A DNA stretch of 56,612 nucleotides from an uncultured Candidatus Saccharibacteria bacterium (GTDB lineage Bacteria > Patescibacteriota > JAUYIX01 > CAYMIK01), in contig CAYMIK010000005.1 of NCBI GenBank assembly GCA_964390745.1, positions 1-56,612 of the forward strand, given 5' to 3'. The translations under genes were made by a program, and so were the position numbers. Positions 28,552 through 38,637 of this stretch are shown here, one piece after another (position 1 is the stretch's first letter; the number at the start of each line of letters is the position of its first letter). The notes under the pieces are model-generated. The model had not been told where the DNA came from. It saw nothing but the letters and a program-made list of their open reading frames with translations, and searched no databases.

Positions 28552-29760
28552 TTATTGAATAACACTTGCTAAGTTATAGATAGGAAGCAGAACAGCCGCA
28601 ATCAAGATAAACACGCCAATTCCAATAAAGACGACAATGACTGGCTCAAGGAGCGTGGTGAGAACTGCAATCGTTCGGTCGATATCAGCGCGATAAAAAT
28701 CAGCCACTTTATCCAAGACGTTATCAATATTTCCCGTTGTCTCCCCCACTGCTACCATTCGCGTGACCATGAGCGGAACATTCTTTCCACCACTTTTTTC
28801 GAGCGCTTGAGAAAGTGGCACACCAGTTTTGACTTCTTCGGCTGCTTCGTTTATGGCAACTTCGAGTACCATGTTTTGCGGGACTTTAGAAGCAATGTGC
28901 AGAGCGTCAACAATAGGAATATCACCCGAGATGAGAGTTGAGAGGTTTCGAGTGAGTCGCGTTACAGCAATTTTGTTAATGAGCGATCCCATAATTGGAA
29001 GGCGCATCTTGTTGTAGTCCCAGCTGTATCGGCCTTCTTCGGTGTGAATATAATAGTTGATAGCGAGGTACACACCAACGAAGATAATAAGGAGCAGCCA
29101 CCAGAAGTTCACAACAAAGTTGGATGCAGCAATAAGGATTCGTGTGGCAAGTGGAAGCTGTGCTCCAAACTGATCAAAGACGCTTTTGAGTTGTGGAACC
29201 ACCCAACCAAGCACATACACACTAATAACAACCAACAAGACAACAACAAAAGCTGGGTAGATCAAGGCGCTGCGTATTGCCTGGCCAAGGTTGTAGTCCT
29301 TTTCGGTTTGTTCGGCAACGCGATTGAGCATTTCAGAAAGCTTACCTGAGGCTTCACCCGAACGAACCATGCTGACAAAGAAGCTCCCAAAAACAGCCGG
29401 AAATTTTCCTAATGCATCCGAGAGTCTAGCACCAGCTTCAACATCTAACACTAAGGCGCGAATAACTTCTCGAAACTGCGGTGTCTCTGTTTGATCGATC
29501 AGAATTCGCAACGCTTGTGTCACAGGAAGTCCCGAAGCAATCATCAAAGAAAACTGTCGTGAAAATACCACAAGTTCTTTTTCATTGATGCGCAGCGAGA
29601 AAGAAATACTCTTCGCCAAAGATCGTTCTTGCCGAAGCGACAAAACAACAAATCCTTGGGATTGGAGCAATCGTATAGCAGCATCCTGGTTCCCCGCTTG
29701 GATGATGCCCATTTTTGTCTCGCCGGCTCTTGTATTTACCTTGTATTGAAATTGTGCCAT
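28552..29760 (-). CDS. pilC: type IV pilus platform protein (PilC/GspF)
   Basis: ELVVFSRQFSLMIASGLP, GEASGKLSEML, VGETTGNIDNVL, LLEPVIVV. Confidence 0.94.
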   Translation of the reverse strand: MAQFQYKVNTRAGETKMGIIQAGNQDAAIRLLQSQGFVVLSLRQERSLAKSISFSLRINEKELVVFSRQFSLMIASGLPVTQALRILIDQTETPQFREVIRALVLDVEAGARLSDALGKFPAVFGSFFVSMVRSGEASGKLSEMLNRVAEQTEKDYNLGQAIRSALIYPAFVVVLLVVISVYVLGWVVPQLKSVFDQFGAQLPLATRILIAASNFVVNFWWLLLIIFVGVYLAINYYIHTEEGRYSWDYNKMRLPIMGSLINKIAVTRLTRNLSTLISGDIPIVDALHIASKVPQNMVLEVAINEAAEEVKTGVPLSQALEKSGGKNVPLMVTRMVAVGETTGNIDNVLDKVADFYRADIDRTIAVLTTLLEPVIVVFIGIGVFILIAAVLLPIYNLASVIQ

Positions 29761-29762
29761 GA

Positions 29763-30836
29763 CTACCCTTGTAATAATGATTCAAATGTTGGAATTTCTT
29801 TGACATGATTAATGGCTTCTTCTTTTGCCACGAGCCCACTTTGAACAAGCTCAGCCAGCGATCGGTCAAATGAAACCATTCCCTCAGAGGCACCCGTTGC
29901 AATCATGTCATCGAGTTGGTAGGTCTTGCCTTCGCGAATAATGTTTTTCACCGCCAGGTTCGACATCATAATTTCACATGCAGGAACCATCGAGTCTTCA
30001 AGCGAAGGAATGAGTTTTTGGGTTACCACTCCCGTAAGTACGGTGGCCAAACGAGTTCGAATCTCCCCTTGCCTGCTGGGTGGATACAGATCCACAATCC
30101 AGTTGATGGTTTCCGAAGCATACTGGGTACCAAGTGTTGCAAAAACGAGGTGACCAGATTCTGCCACCGCGATGGTCTGCTCAATAATTTCCGGGGTATC
30201 CATTTTGCTGACCATAACCACATCAAAGCCGCCACGCTGTACACCCAGGAGCGCATCAAGCGAAGAGTTCACATCAACTCCCACTTCTTGCTGTTCGCAA
30301 AAACTTCGATCATTTTGGAGAACATATTCTATTGGGTGCTCAACCGTGATAATTCGTTTTGCCTGTGTGTGATTGATAAAGTCCAAAAGAGATGCAATAG
30401 TTGTTGACTTGCCACTTCCCTTTGGGCTAACAAACAGAATGAGGCCAGAGGGCTGAGTGGTGAAACTTTTGAGCGTCCCAGGAAGTCGGAGCGAATCAAT
30501 CGATGGAATCACTTTTGGAATATAGCGCATAGCAAGCGAGACCTTCCCCTTTTGGAAGTATGCCGAAATACGAAATCGCGCGATATCTTTGTGGGCGTAA
30601 GCAAAGTCGAGAAATTTTTGTTGATCAAACTTTTGCAGCCGGTCTTGTGGCACCATTGCAATGAGCATGGCACGAATACCATCTGCCGTTTGTACCTGCA
30701 TATCAGTAAGTTCCAAAAGGTCACCATGAATACGAACAACCGGTGGTTTCCCTACCGTTAAATACAGATCTGAGGCGCCTTTTTCTGTCACGGCACCAAA
30801 GAGTTGTTCGAGTTGGAGTTGTGAACTTTCGTACAT
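29763..30836 (-). CDS. pilT: PilT-like retraction ATPase with degenerate catalytic motifs
   Basis: ASDLYL, RFRISAY, SPKGSGKSTT, EHPIE, AESGHLVFATLG, CEIM; Walker B reads VVMVSKM. Confidence 0.85.
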   Translation of the reverse strand: MYESSQLQLEQLFGAVTEKGASDLYLTVGKPPVVRIHGDLLELTDMQVQTADGIRAMLIAMVPQDRLQKFDQQKFLDFAYAHKDIARFRISAYFQKGKVSLAMRYIPKVIPSIDSLRLPGTLKSFTTQPSGLILFVSPKGSGKSTTIASLLDFINHTQAKRIITVEHPIEYVLQNDRSFCEQQEVGVDVNSSLDALLGVQRGGFDVVMVSKMDTPEIIEQTIAVAESGHLVFATLGTQYASETINWIVDLYPPSRQGEIRTRLATVLTGVVTQKLIPSLEDSMVPACEIMMSNLAVKNIIREGKTYQLDDMIATGASEGMVSFDRSLAELVQSGLVAKEEAINHVKEIPTFESLLQG

Positions 30837-30908
30837 TCTTTTTGTTTAAAGTATTCTTGATGGCTGTTTGTATTGAGTTCAGCACAAACGCTGAACCATC
30901 ACGGACAA

Positions 30909-31337
30909 TTATTTCCCGAGAAGTTTCTGGATTTTAGAAACAACTTCCGAAGGCGTAAAGTGCGCTTTAATAAGGTAATCGCTTGCACCAAGGCTCAAGC
31001 CACGATCAACATCATCTTTCTGGCTCAAGTTCGTAAGCAAAATAACTGGAATATTTGCCCAGTCGGCGTTCTTCTTCATTTCCTCGAGAACTTCGAAGCC
31101 TGACTTTTTAGGCATAACAATATCAAGCAAAATGATATCGGGTTTTGGACCTTCTTTGAGAAGTTCTAAAGCTCGTTCGCCATTTTCTGCATGTGCAACA
31201 TCGAACCCCGTAAGTTGGAGCTTCGTTACATACATACTTGAGAGGAATGAGTCGTCCTCAGCAAGAAGTACGCGGATTTTTGCACCAGAAGCCTGTTGTG
31301 GCGCCTGCGGTGCAGCTTGGTTGTTGGCATCTGCCAT
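30909..31337 (-). CDS. stand-alone response regulator receiver protein
   Basis: LAEDD, LDIVMP, LT, LIKAH conserved; start trimmed to MADANNQ at 31337. Confidence 0.92.
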   Translation of the reverse strand: MADANNQAAPQAPQQASGAKIRVLLAEDDSFLSSMYVTKLQLTGFDVAHAENGERALELLKEGPKPDIILLDIVMPKKSGFEVLEEMKKNADWANIPVILLTNLSQKDDVDRGLSLGASDYLIKAHFTPSEVVSKIQKLLGK

Positions 31338-31341
31338 ACAT

Positions 31342-33123
31342 TTATACCGAATTAATGATGAAATTATTATTTTCTTTCGTGATGCGCAGCACTTCTTCAA
31401 GGCTTGTCTTTCCTGCTAACGCCTTCAGAAGTCCATCCTGGAAAAGTGAGATACACTTTTGCTCACGAGCTATTTTTTCAATTTCCTCCTGCGATGGTTT
31501 TTTGGGAATGAGACTCTTCAGTTCTGGACTGAGCGTTATCACTTCGTAGGTTGCGAGTCGTCCTTTGTAGCCTGCGGCACACTTTGAGCAGGCCTTTGGT
31601 CCGTAAAATTCTGGGGTGGTAATGCCAAGCGCCTGGAGCTCTTCCGGAGGAATCTTCTCGATCTCCTTCTCAACCTGTGTTCGCATCGCTGCTGGCAGTT
31701 CGATCTTTTCTTTTGATTCTTCGCACAATGTTCGAACCAGTCGCTGTGCCGCTACGGTATTGGTTGCAGAGGAAATAAGGAACGGTTCAATGCCCATATC
31801 GATCAGTCGAGGAATAGCGCCTGCTGCCGTATTCGTGTGAAGCGTAGAAAGTACGATGTGACCCGTAAGCGACGAATGTATAGCCATTTCGGCGGTTTCC
31901 TGATCTCGAATCTCCCCCACCATGATGCTGTTTGGATCTTGTCGCAAGATAGATCGCAAACCTTTTGCGAAGGTGAAACCAATGTCAGGATTAATTTGGC
32001 TTTGGTTTACGCCCGCAACAAAGTATTCAACCGGGTCTTCCAGTGTTACAACATTTGATCGCTCTTTATTCAAGATAGCAAGTGCAGCATACAATGTCGT
32101 CGTTTTACCTGAGCCAGTTGGGCCTGTCATTAAGAACATACCATAGGGCTGACTCAGCGCGTCAAGAACATCCTTTTGTCGCTTTCCCCACAGACCAAGA
32201 GATTCGAAGTCCATCATTCCCTTGGATTTATCGAGAACGCGCATCACAACCTTTTCAGCATTGTTCACTTCGCTCGATGTGACCGGCATGATAGAAACAC
32301 GGAAGTCGATGTGTTTCCCTACAAAAGTTCCACTAAATCGTCCGTCTTGCGGAAGACGCGATTCGTCGAGCTTTAGATTGGAAAGCACCTTGATACGCGA
32401 AACAACGGGCGACAACAGTTTAACCGGGAGTTTTAAAATTTCCCTGAGCTCACCATCCACTCGATAGCGCACACGAACTTCTGTTCCCAGAGGTTCGATG
32501 TGAATATCGCTGGCATCCTTTTGAATGGCATTTTTTAAAATCGAGGTGACCACTTTGGTAATTGGTGCATTTCGAACCTGGATTTCAATCGATTGATCCT
32601 CTTTGACTCGTTCGGTTTGCTCCTCAGTAGCACTTTCGGTTTGCGATTGAATGATCGCCTCTTTTACCTCTGACTCGATGTCACTGTATTCGGCGTACGC
32701 ATGATCGAAGCTTGATTGACTTATCACGTAGAAAACAAATTCGAGCCCGTTTCTGTTTGCAATAAGCTGCAACGCCTCTTCAGCTTTCAGATCGATAGGA
32801 TCAATGATCCCCAACTTGATGGCCTTCCCGTCACTTTCGAAAGCAATAAACTTGTAGGTTTTTGCAATGCGGCTCGGGATAACGTTGAGCGTTTCTTGCG
32901 GAATACTTGTGCTTGTGAGGTTGATGTACGGAAGACCAAAGAGCGAGGCCTTCATCTCTGCGAGTTCTTCTTCGGTGATTTTCGAAGAGCTCAGCACCGC
33001 CCGGGTAACATCGCCATGGTTCTTTTCGAGAGCTTTTTGGATACTCTTAACCTCAGAAGGTTTTAACTTCTTTCTTTTTGCAATTTCTGCAATCAATGCT
33101 TGGTTAAAAGATTGGTCGGCCAT
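31342..33123 (-). CDS. pilB: type IV pilus assembly ATPase (PilB/GspE)
   Basis: ASDIHIEP, RLPQDGR, GPTGSGKTTT, LEDPVE, LRQDPNSIMVGEIRD, TLHTN, Cys tetrad. Confidence 0.96.
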   Translation of the reverse strand: MADQSFNQALIAEIAKRKKLKPSEVKSIQKALEKNHGDVTRAVLSSSKITEEELAEMKASLFGLPYINLTSTSIPQETLNVIPSRIAKTYKFIAFESDGKAIKLGIIDPIDLKAEEALQLIANRNGLEFVFYVISQSSFDHAYAEYSDIESEVKEAIIQSQTESATEEQTERVKEDQSIEIQVRNAPITKVVTSILKNAIQKDASDIHIEPLGTEVRVRYRVDGELREILKLPVKLLSPVVSRIKVLSNLKLDESRLPQDGRFSGTFVGKHIDFRVSIMPVTSSEVNNAEKVVMRVLDKSKGMMDFESLGLWGKRQKDVLDALSQPYGMFLMTGPTGSGKTTTLYAALAILNKERSNVVTLEDPVEYFVAGVNQSQINPDIGFTFAKGLRSILRQDPNSIMVGEIRDQETAEMAIHSSLTGHIVLSTLHTNTAAGAIPRLIDMGIEPFLISSATNTVAAQRLVRTLCEESKEKIELPAAMRTQVEKEIEKIPPEELQALGITTPEFYGPKACSKCAAGYKGRLATYEVITLSPELKSLIPKKPSQEEIEKIAREQKCISLFQDGLLKALAGKTSLEEVLRITKENNNFIINSV

Positions 33124-33161
33124 GGCTCCTTTTATTCAGTGCAACGAACTTCGTTGTGCGA

Positions 33162-33419
33162 TTAGTATGGTGCGAACGGGTCTTCTCGTCCTACTTGCGT
33201 GCTGTCGGGTGTTGGTGCGTCTCCTGGTTGGTACTGAATATATTTCAAACCCGTATCGTTCAAAGCCGCAGTGTCGATGGCAACACCATTATTGGTGGCA
33301 GCATTTTTTGTGCGAAGTGTTTTGAAAACGTAGTAGCCAAGAGCAAGAATGATAATAACAACAAGCACCGCAACGACTATTGGTATTGTTTTTGAATTTT
33401 TTTGTGCGACGATAGCCAT
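33162..33419 (-). CDS. short single-TM PilP-like protein (85 aa)
   Basis: Start trimmed to MAIVAQK at 33419; one TM; C-terminal GREDPFAPY resembles the PilP R-x-DPF motif; sits after pilO. Confidence 0.65.
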   Translation of the reverse strand: MAIVAQKNSKTIPIVVAVLVVIIILALGYYVFKTLRTKNAATNNGVAIDTAALNDTGLKYIQYQPGDAPTPDSTQVGREDPFAPY

Positions 33420-33423
33420 AGTT

Positions 33424-34026
33424 TTATTGATTAGTGGTTGTATTGGTTGGTGTTGTCGACTCTGATGAAGGAACGGTTGTTTGCGTGAGCGGCTTGTTGA
33501 TCTTGCTGAAGTACGTCGTAAAGGTAATGGAAGAAGCCAGCGTACTTCCGGAAGTGCTAAACGATGTATTTCCCAGGTTGAAGATGCGCTTGTTCTGCTC
33601 CAGTGAACCAATAAGATCATTGAGTTGTTTGTAGTTCCCCGTTGCAACCAGCGTGACGTTCAATGGGAAAATCGTTTTTCCAGCAGCGGCAGAGTCACCT
33701 ACATTGAAGCGGATCGAAGTGATAAGTGCATGAGTAGCCTTCCCCACCGATTCCAGCTGCGCAATAACATCTGCTTCATCGTACGAATCAGGAATGTGTT
33801 CATTGAGGTCAGTGATTTTTTCTTGAGGTGTGCTGCTGTAGTTTTTGATAAGGTCTTTCGTATCAGCAAGCTGTGAAGCTACGTCCTGTTCCTTTTTGCG
33901 GGCATCGTCAAGATTGCTCTTTGAGGTCAACATATCTTGATACGCTGGGCGCGCCAAGAACAACAAGACAACCACAGCTATCGCAACAGAAACGCCGATA
34001 TAGACAAGAGATCGTTCGCGGTTCAT
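33424..34026 (-). CDS. pilO: PilO-like alignment protein
   Basis: N-terminal TM, coiled coil, GNYKQLNDLIGSLEQNKRIF; position after pilN. Confidence 0.8.
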   Translation of the reverse strand: MNRERSLVYIGVSVAIAVVVLLFLARPAYQDMLTSKSNLDDARKKEQDVASQLADTKDLIKNYSSTPQEKITDLNEHIPDSYDEADVIAQLESVGKATHALITSIRFNVGDSAAAGKTIFPLNVTLVATGNYKQLNDLIGSLEQNKRIFNLGNTSFSTSGSTLASSITFTTYFSKINKPLTQTTVPSSESTTPTNTTTNQ

Positions 34027-34628
34027 TATTTTGCCCCCTGCGTCTTAAGTTGAATCGTGTCAGGAAGTTTTGTGAGTACTCCCGGGCGAAGCTCGAGTTG
34101 CAAATCAAAGTTCACCGTTACAATTTGCGTCTTCGCATCGATGTTGTAGGTTATGTTCGATGTTGTCACGTGCAAAATATTTTTGGACTGCTCGAGTGAC
34201 AAAATATTTCGCTCAAGCGCCGTGAGATCGCTCGCGCGGCCTTGCAACTTGATGGTGTTCGATTTAATGTCGCCATTAAATGATGTGTACTGCAAACGTT
34301 TATCTGTTCGCGAAGCAATATCGCTTAAGATGCCCGTCCAATAGACGTGCTTATCAGCGAGCTTTGCCAGGTTATTAAGACGCTCAACGAAGCTGCTTGG
34401 CTCTACTGCCTGGTCTTTGAGGCCATTCAGTTCAGCTTGCTCGGAATCGGCTTTTTCTTGAACAGCAGAAGCTTGGCCATCAAAGAGGAAACTTACCAAG
34501 AAGAATCCAAGATAGACCACCACCGAGAGCCCGATGATTGCGAGCGAGATAACTAAAGCCCGAGGAATTCCGTGTTCCTCTTGCTTCTTACTATCCAACG
34601 CTTGCTTTATAAGGTTGGGATTTGCCAT
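34026..34628 (-). CDS. pilN: PilN-like alignment protein
   Basis: N-terminal TM, coiled coil, IKLQGRASDL; position after pilM. Confidence 0.78.
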   Translation of the reverse strand: MANPNLIKQALDSKKQEEHGIPRALVISLAIIGLSVVVYLGFFLVSFLFDGQASAVQEKADSEQAELNGLKDQAVEPSSFVERLNNLAKLADKHVYWTGILSDIASRTDKRLQYTSFNGDIKSNTIKLQGRASDLTALERNILSLEQSKNILHVTTSNITYNIDAKTQIVTVNFDLQLELRPGVLTKLPDTIQLKTQGAK

Positions 34629-34668
34629 GTATTTTCGTCCTTTGTTTTTATGAGTTTAATATGTTTGT

Positions 34669-35724
34669 TTATTCTCGCATCGCAAGTCCACAGGCGGTGG
34701 CAAACGAAGGAGCTATGTCCATGAGAACTTTTTCGTACTCTTTGGGGTAACTTACTTTGAGCCACGGGTTTCCAATCTCTACAGGAATTTTGAGCACCGC
34801 TTGAAAGTAGTTTCCAAAGTTTCGTAAGCCCGATGCGCCACCTGTCAAGATAACTCTTTCCACTTGCCGTGAGTACTGACCGTTAAACGTATTTACGACT
34901 CGCTGCACTTCATAGATGATTGAGTCCAAAATAGGTTTAATGGCACCTACCATCGGCGCCGAAGAAACACCACCCGGAGTTGCCAAGACCGCCAAATCCA
35001 TATCGTGTTTAAACTGCTCAGCGCGCACCACATCGATCTTCATGCTTCGTGCAATAATACCCGTAAGGTCTTGACCACCCTTATCAATCGTTCGATTCAC
35101 AAAGAGCGCTCCCCCGCTCACGATGCTGACATCCGTTGTCGAAGAACCCATATCTACAATCACCGTGTTCACTTGCGGCTCACGAATCAGTGAACGAGCA
35201 AGTGCAAACGAACCAATCTCAAGCGCATCAAGTGTAAACGATGTTTCCGAAAAGATGTTCGAAAACTTTTCGACGTAGTCCCGGGGCGCAGCAATCAGCA
35301 AGATTCTTTTTCCAACCCGTCCACCACCGTAATCAATATCTTCCACTTCCTTCCAATCAAGCACCACTTCTTCCAGTGGAGCCGGAACATACTTTGCAGC
35401 CTCACTCTGAATCGCAAACGCACGATCTTTTTCTGAAAGTTCTGGAAGATCAACAATTGATGTGAATACAGCAAAGCCTGGCAAACTCGAAACTGCCGTC
35501 TTGGTTTTTACGTTCACCTTTGAAGCAAGATCGCTTAAAGTTTTGGCGATGTTCTGCTCCAACTGTGCACCCGCTGCACGAATAATACTTTGCTGCAACG
35601 GAAATGAACCGAAGGTTTTCAGTTCAAAGTTGCCGCCGTGTTTTTCAAGTTCGACAATTTTTATACTGGAAGCACCGATATCCACGCCAAGGCGCGAGTG
35701 CTTCGAGAATCCAAAGAAGCTCAT
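34669..35724 (-). CDS. pilM: type IV pilus assembly protein PilM
   Basis: LGVDIGASSIKIVEL, VDMGSSTTD, ILTGGASGL, FATACGLAMR actin-like fold. Confidence 0.94.
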   Translation of the reverse strand: MSFFGFSKHSRLGVDIGASSIKIVELEKHGGNFELKTFGSFPLQQSIIRAAGAQLEQNIAKTLSDLASKVNVKTKTAVSSLPGFAVFTSIVDLPELSEKDRAFAIQSEAAKYVPAPLEEVVLDWKEVEDIDYGGGRVGKRILLIAAPRDYVEKFSNIFSETSFTLDALEIGSFALARSLIREPQVNTVIVDMGSSTTDVSIVSGGALFVNRTIDKGGQDLTGIIARSMKIDVVRAEQFKHDMDLAVLATPGGVSSAPMVGAIKPILDSIIYEVQRVVNTFNGQYSRQVERVILTGGASGLRNFGNYFQAVLKIPVEIGNPWLKVSYPKEYEKVLMDIAPSFATACGLAMRE

Positions 35725-35788
35725 GGCGTGTTAATTTTTCCTCCAAATACGCTGCATATTATATCACGAATGCATCTAGATAACAATC

Positions 35789-38617
35789 TTAAAAATCCAA
35801 GTTCCCGATAATTTCGCGCCAGTCCAAAATCTTATCCGTGCTGGTTGTCCCCGATCCCGGATTGAGGCCAAATCTGCCCGATCCATGGATGTCTTCTGAG
35901 GGTTCTGGCTGGTACGCGTCGGAGCCTGGAGGTGGAGGTGTCGTACAGTCCTCTACCGTAACATCGACAACAGTTGTAGCAGTGGGGCCACCTTTGGACG
36001 AAGTCACCCGCAAGCCAAGCTGGAAGGTCTGCGTTCCTACATCATCAACAGCAATATGTACCGGTGCTTGTCCAGAAGGATCATGGAGCGAACCAGAAAC
36101 AGGAAATGCACCGTTGAATGGTGGTGTTGGGCTCCCTGCGGGCACAAACCATTGATATGTATGCGTGTCACCTTGGCCGGCTGGTGGCGCAGATACCGTT
36201 GCATCGAATTGCTTTGAAACAATTGCCCCCGGCTCGCTGGCACAAACCTGTACCGGATCCAAAAGTGCCCTGGTTGGATAATATCCACACGAAACAACTA
36301 AAGAATCCTGATACGTCTGATCTGGACACTGCAAAGGATTATCAAAAGAACCGGTTGCAGAGCTTGGTAAAGATATTCCACACGGTGCATCGTCTGCAAT
36401 CTTTGCATTTGCATATAGCTCGAGGTCATTGTTGGCAACTGGCAGCGCCCCGGTCCACTGGAAGCAATTGGATCCGCAAGAAGGAAGATTGGTTTGTGGG
36501 AAGTAGTTCGCACTCTGAATTCGCAAGAAACCATTGGTGTTGCCTGCAATATTTTCCGTGAGATGGGTCGCCGTTGACACTGTGTCGGGATTGGAATATG
36601 CAGATCGATGTATCCATACTGCGGGGTCTGGCGCCGAATCAAATGTTGCATCCTGCGATGGCTTTGATACGAGATTAAATGTTGGGCTCGATACGGGGCA
36701 AGGATCGCTCGCAGCATTGTACGTTGTGCCATTCACCGGCGAGTAGTAGGTATTGCAGGCTGCGCTCGTTCCACAATCAAAGACTCCTACCTTGTCGATA
36801 TCGAGGTCCCCTGTAAACCACCCACCAACAGCCGCACCCGTTCTAAAACCAATATACGCACTTGGATACGAAGCGACTGTAGTTGACCACGTTGCCTGAA
36901 AACTCGTGGTTTTGTGGAGCCACGAACCAAGCACTGGCCTCAAACCATTTTGAATATTTTTATTTGCAACGCCCGTTTGCTGTGTTCCAAACTCAACTGA
37001 GACCGCCCCGTCACCAGTCCCCAACGGCATGGGGTCAATCCCCGCTCCCGCGCGAAGGTCGTAACATACTTGGTAGTGATGATCCTTGGTTGCGGTGAAT
37101 TGTGCTCCGTGCCAATCGCCATACACCAGACCAAGATCTTTTGAAGGATCAACTGTTTCGTACTGGTTCAGTTGCAATTTAATTCCGGCAGATTTTCCTT
37201 GCGCGCCAGCGGCAGAAAAAGGAGCACCGATGTGTACGGTGTCGCCACGTGCTGGTGATGCACTGTAATCAGTAAGCGCAAAGGACCAATCAGTACATGC
37301 AGGATTTGGCCCGTCGCATCGTCCGTCCGTGGTTAAACCGCCTGAGCCATTTTGGGGTAAGTTGCTTTTTACCTGATCGCCGTGCGTACCACCCGAAATA
37401 TCTACGTTATTCGTAAACACGTAGGTTCCCGCAGGATCATGGAAAACTTTAATTTCACCACCAGCTCCACCACCTCCAGCATCATCGTCATCAGGACAAT
37501 CGAGTCTATCAGTGCAGCTGCTTCCACCATTTCCACCAGCAGCCTTCAGAGCCCCTGTAATGCTCAGGTTTTTTGCAGAAATGAGAATACCACCACCTGC
37601 TCCACCACCACCGGCTGCTTGTTGATAGCCTTCATAATGATCAACAACACAGATGCCGAGGTTTTTGCAGGCGGTTGGGTTTTTATAGATAACCGTATCG
37701 GCTGTGTGGCCAATGTTTGGTGCCGATTGGCCGTTGGCTTGAATCGTCCCTTGGCTCGTAAAATTCGTTGCAAAAAATGAAATGGCGCCACCACCGTTAC
37801 CGCCGTAACATTTTGTGTTGGCAGAATCTTGTTTACAGTATCCGCCACCGCCGCCGCCACCCATACGAACAGCATAATCACCCTGCGCACCCGCAAAGTT
37901 CGCTGCACCACCTGGTTGTCCGCTGTAGTTACTTCCGCCACCACCATTACCGGCGTGCCCACCACCACCTGCTCCATCTGGTGGAACGTAGTATGACTTG
38001 CTGGCGCCACCACCCAAATTATAGGTTGTGTAGGTACAGCCAGGTGCACCGTTTGCACAATAGCCAACACCATCTCCCGCAAAAGGATCTGGCGTTGCAC
38101 GCGTTACGCTGCCACTCGTTGCTATGGTGTGGGTAGCTTCCCCGCCCCTACCTCCAGGGTTTCCGGTTCCGTTGGCATTCACAATCGCGTTGGGTTCAAT
38201 AACCACCGAATTGGCATAAATCTTCACATCACCATTTACCGTAAGCGTTGTTCCCGTTTTTACCGTGAGCGTCCCACTTACCGAATATTCACCAGAGCTA
38301 ATAGAAGCATCCGAAGCGATGGTGTTTGGAAGCGGAAACGGACGCGCCGTTGGCGGTGCATCGTAGGTCAAACCACTTGCTGGGCAATTTCCCGCAACCT
38401 GTCGTGTCGAATCTTGGGTTTCGATACCAAGAACTTTTTCCGCCTGCGGGAAAAATCGTGTCACAGAAGCAATAGGAATCCAACCCATTTTGGCACTCGC
38501 TCCCCCAACAAAGACAAGCGTCAACGCAAAAACGGCAACAGATACAAAAAGCGATCTTCTATTGTGAAGTGTCTGCGGTCCAAATATTCGTACTTTAAGT
38601 TTTTGATGAAATGTCAT
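35789..38617 (-). CDS. large secreted/surface protein (942 aa) with glycine-rich repeats; putative pilus-associated adhesin
   Basis: N-terminal hydrophobic segment, GGGG-rich repeats alternating with beta-strands, many Cys pairs, beta-sandwich-like regions, C-terminal LDWREI. Confidence 0.7.
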   Translation of the reverse strand: MTFHQKLKVRIFGPQTLHNRRSLFVSVAVFALTLVFVGGASAKMGWIPIASVTRFFPQAEKVLGIETQDSTRQVAGNCPASGLTYDAPPTARPFPLPNTIASDASISSGEYSVSGTLTVKTGTTLTVNGDVKIYANSVVIEPNAIVNANGTGNPGGRGGEATHTIATSGSVTRATPDPFAGDGVGYCANGAPGCTYTTYNLGGGASKSYYVPPDGAGGGGHAGNGGGGSNYSGQPGGAANFAGAQGDYAVRMGGGGGGGYCKQDSANTKCYGGNGGGAISFFATNFTSQGTIQANGQSAPNIGHTADTVIYKNPTACKNLGICVVDHYEGYQQAAGGGGAGGGILISAKNLSITGALKAAGGNGGSSCTDRLDCPDDDDAGGGGAGGEIKVFHDPAGTYVFTNNVDISGGTHGDQVKSNLPQNGSGGLTTDGRCDGPNPACTDWSFALTDYSASPARGDTVHIGAPFSAAGAQGKSAGIKLQLNQYETVDPSKDLGLVYGDWHGAQFTATKDHHYQVCYDLRAGAGIDPMPLGTGDGAVSVEFGTQQTGVANKNIQNGLRPVLGSWLHKTTSFQATWSTTVASYPSAYIGFRTGAAVGGWFTGDLDIDKVGVFDCGTSAACNTYYSPVNGTTYNAASDPCPVSSPTFNLVSKPSQDATFDSAPDPAVWIHRSAYSNPDTVSTATHLTENIAGNTNGFLRIQSANYFPQTNLPSCGSNCFQWTGALPVANNDLELYANAKIADDAPCGISLPSSATGSFDNPLQCPDQTYQDSLVVSCGYYPTRALLDPVQVCASEPGAIVSKQFDATVSAPPAGQGDTHTYQWFVPAGSPTPPFNGAFPVSGSLHDPSGQAPVHIAVDDVGTQTFQLGLRVTSSKGGPTATTVVDVTVEDCTTPPPPGSDAYQPEPSEDIHGSGRFGLNPGSGTTSTDKILDWREIIGNLDF

Positions 38618-38637
38618 GGTATTTTGCTACTTGAACG

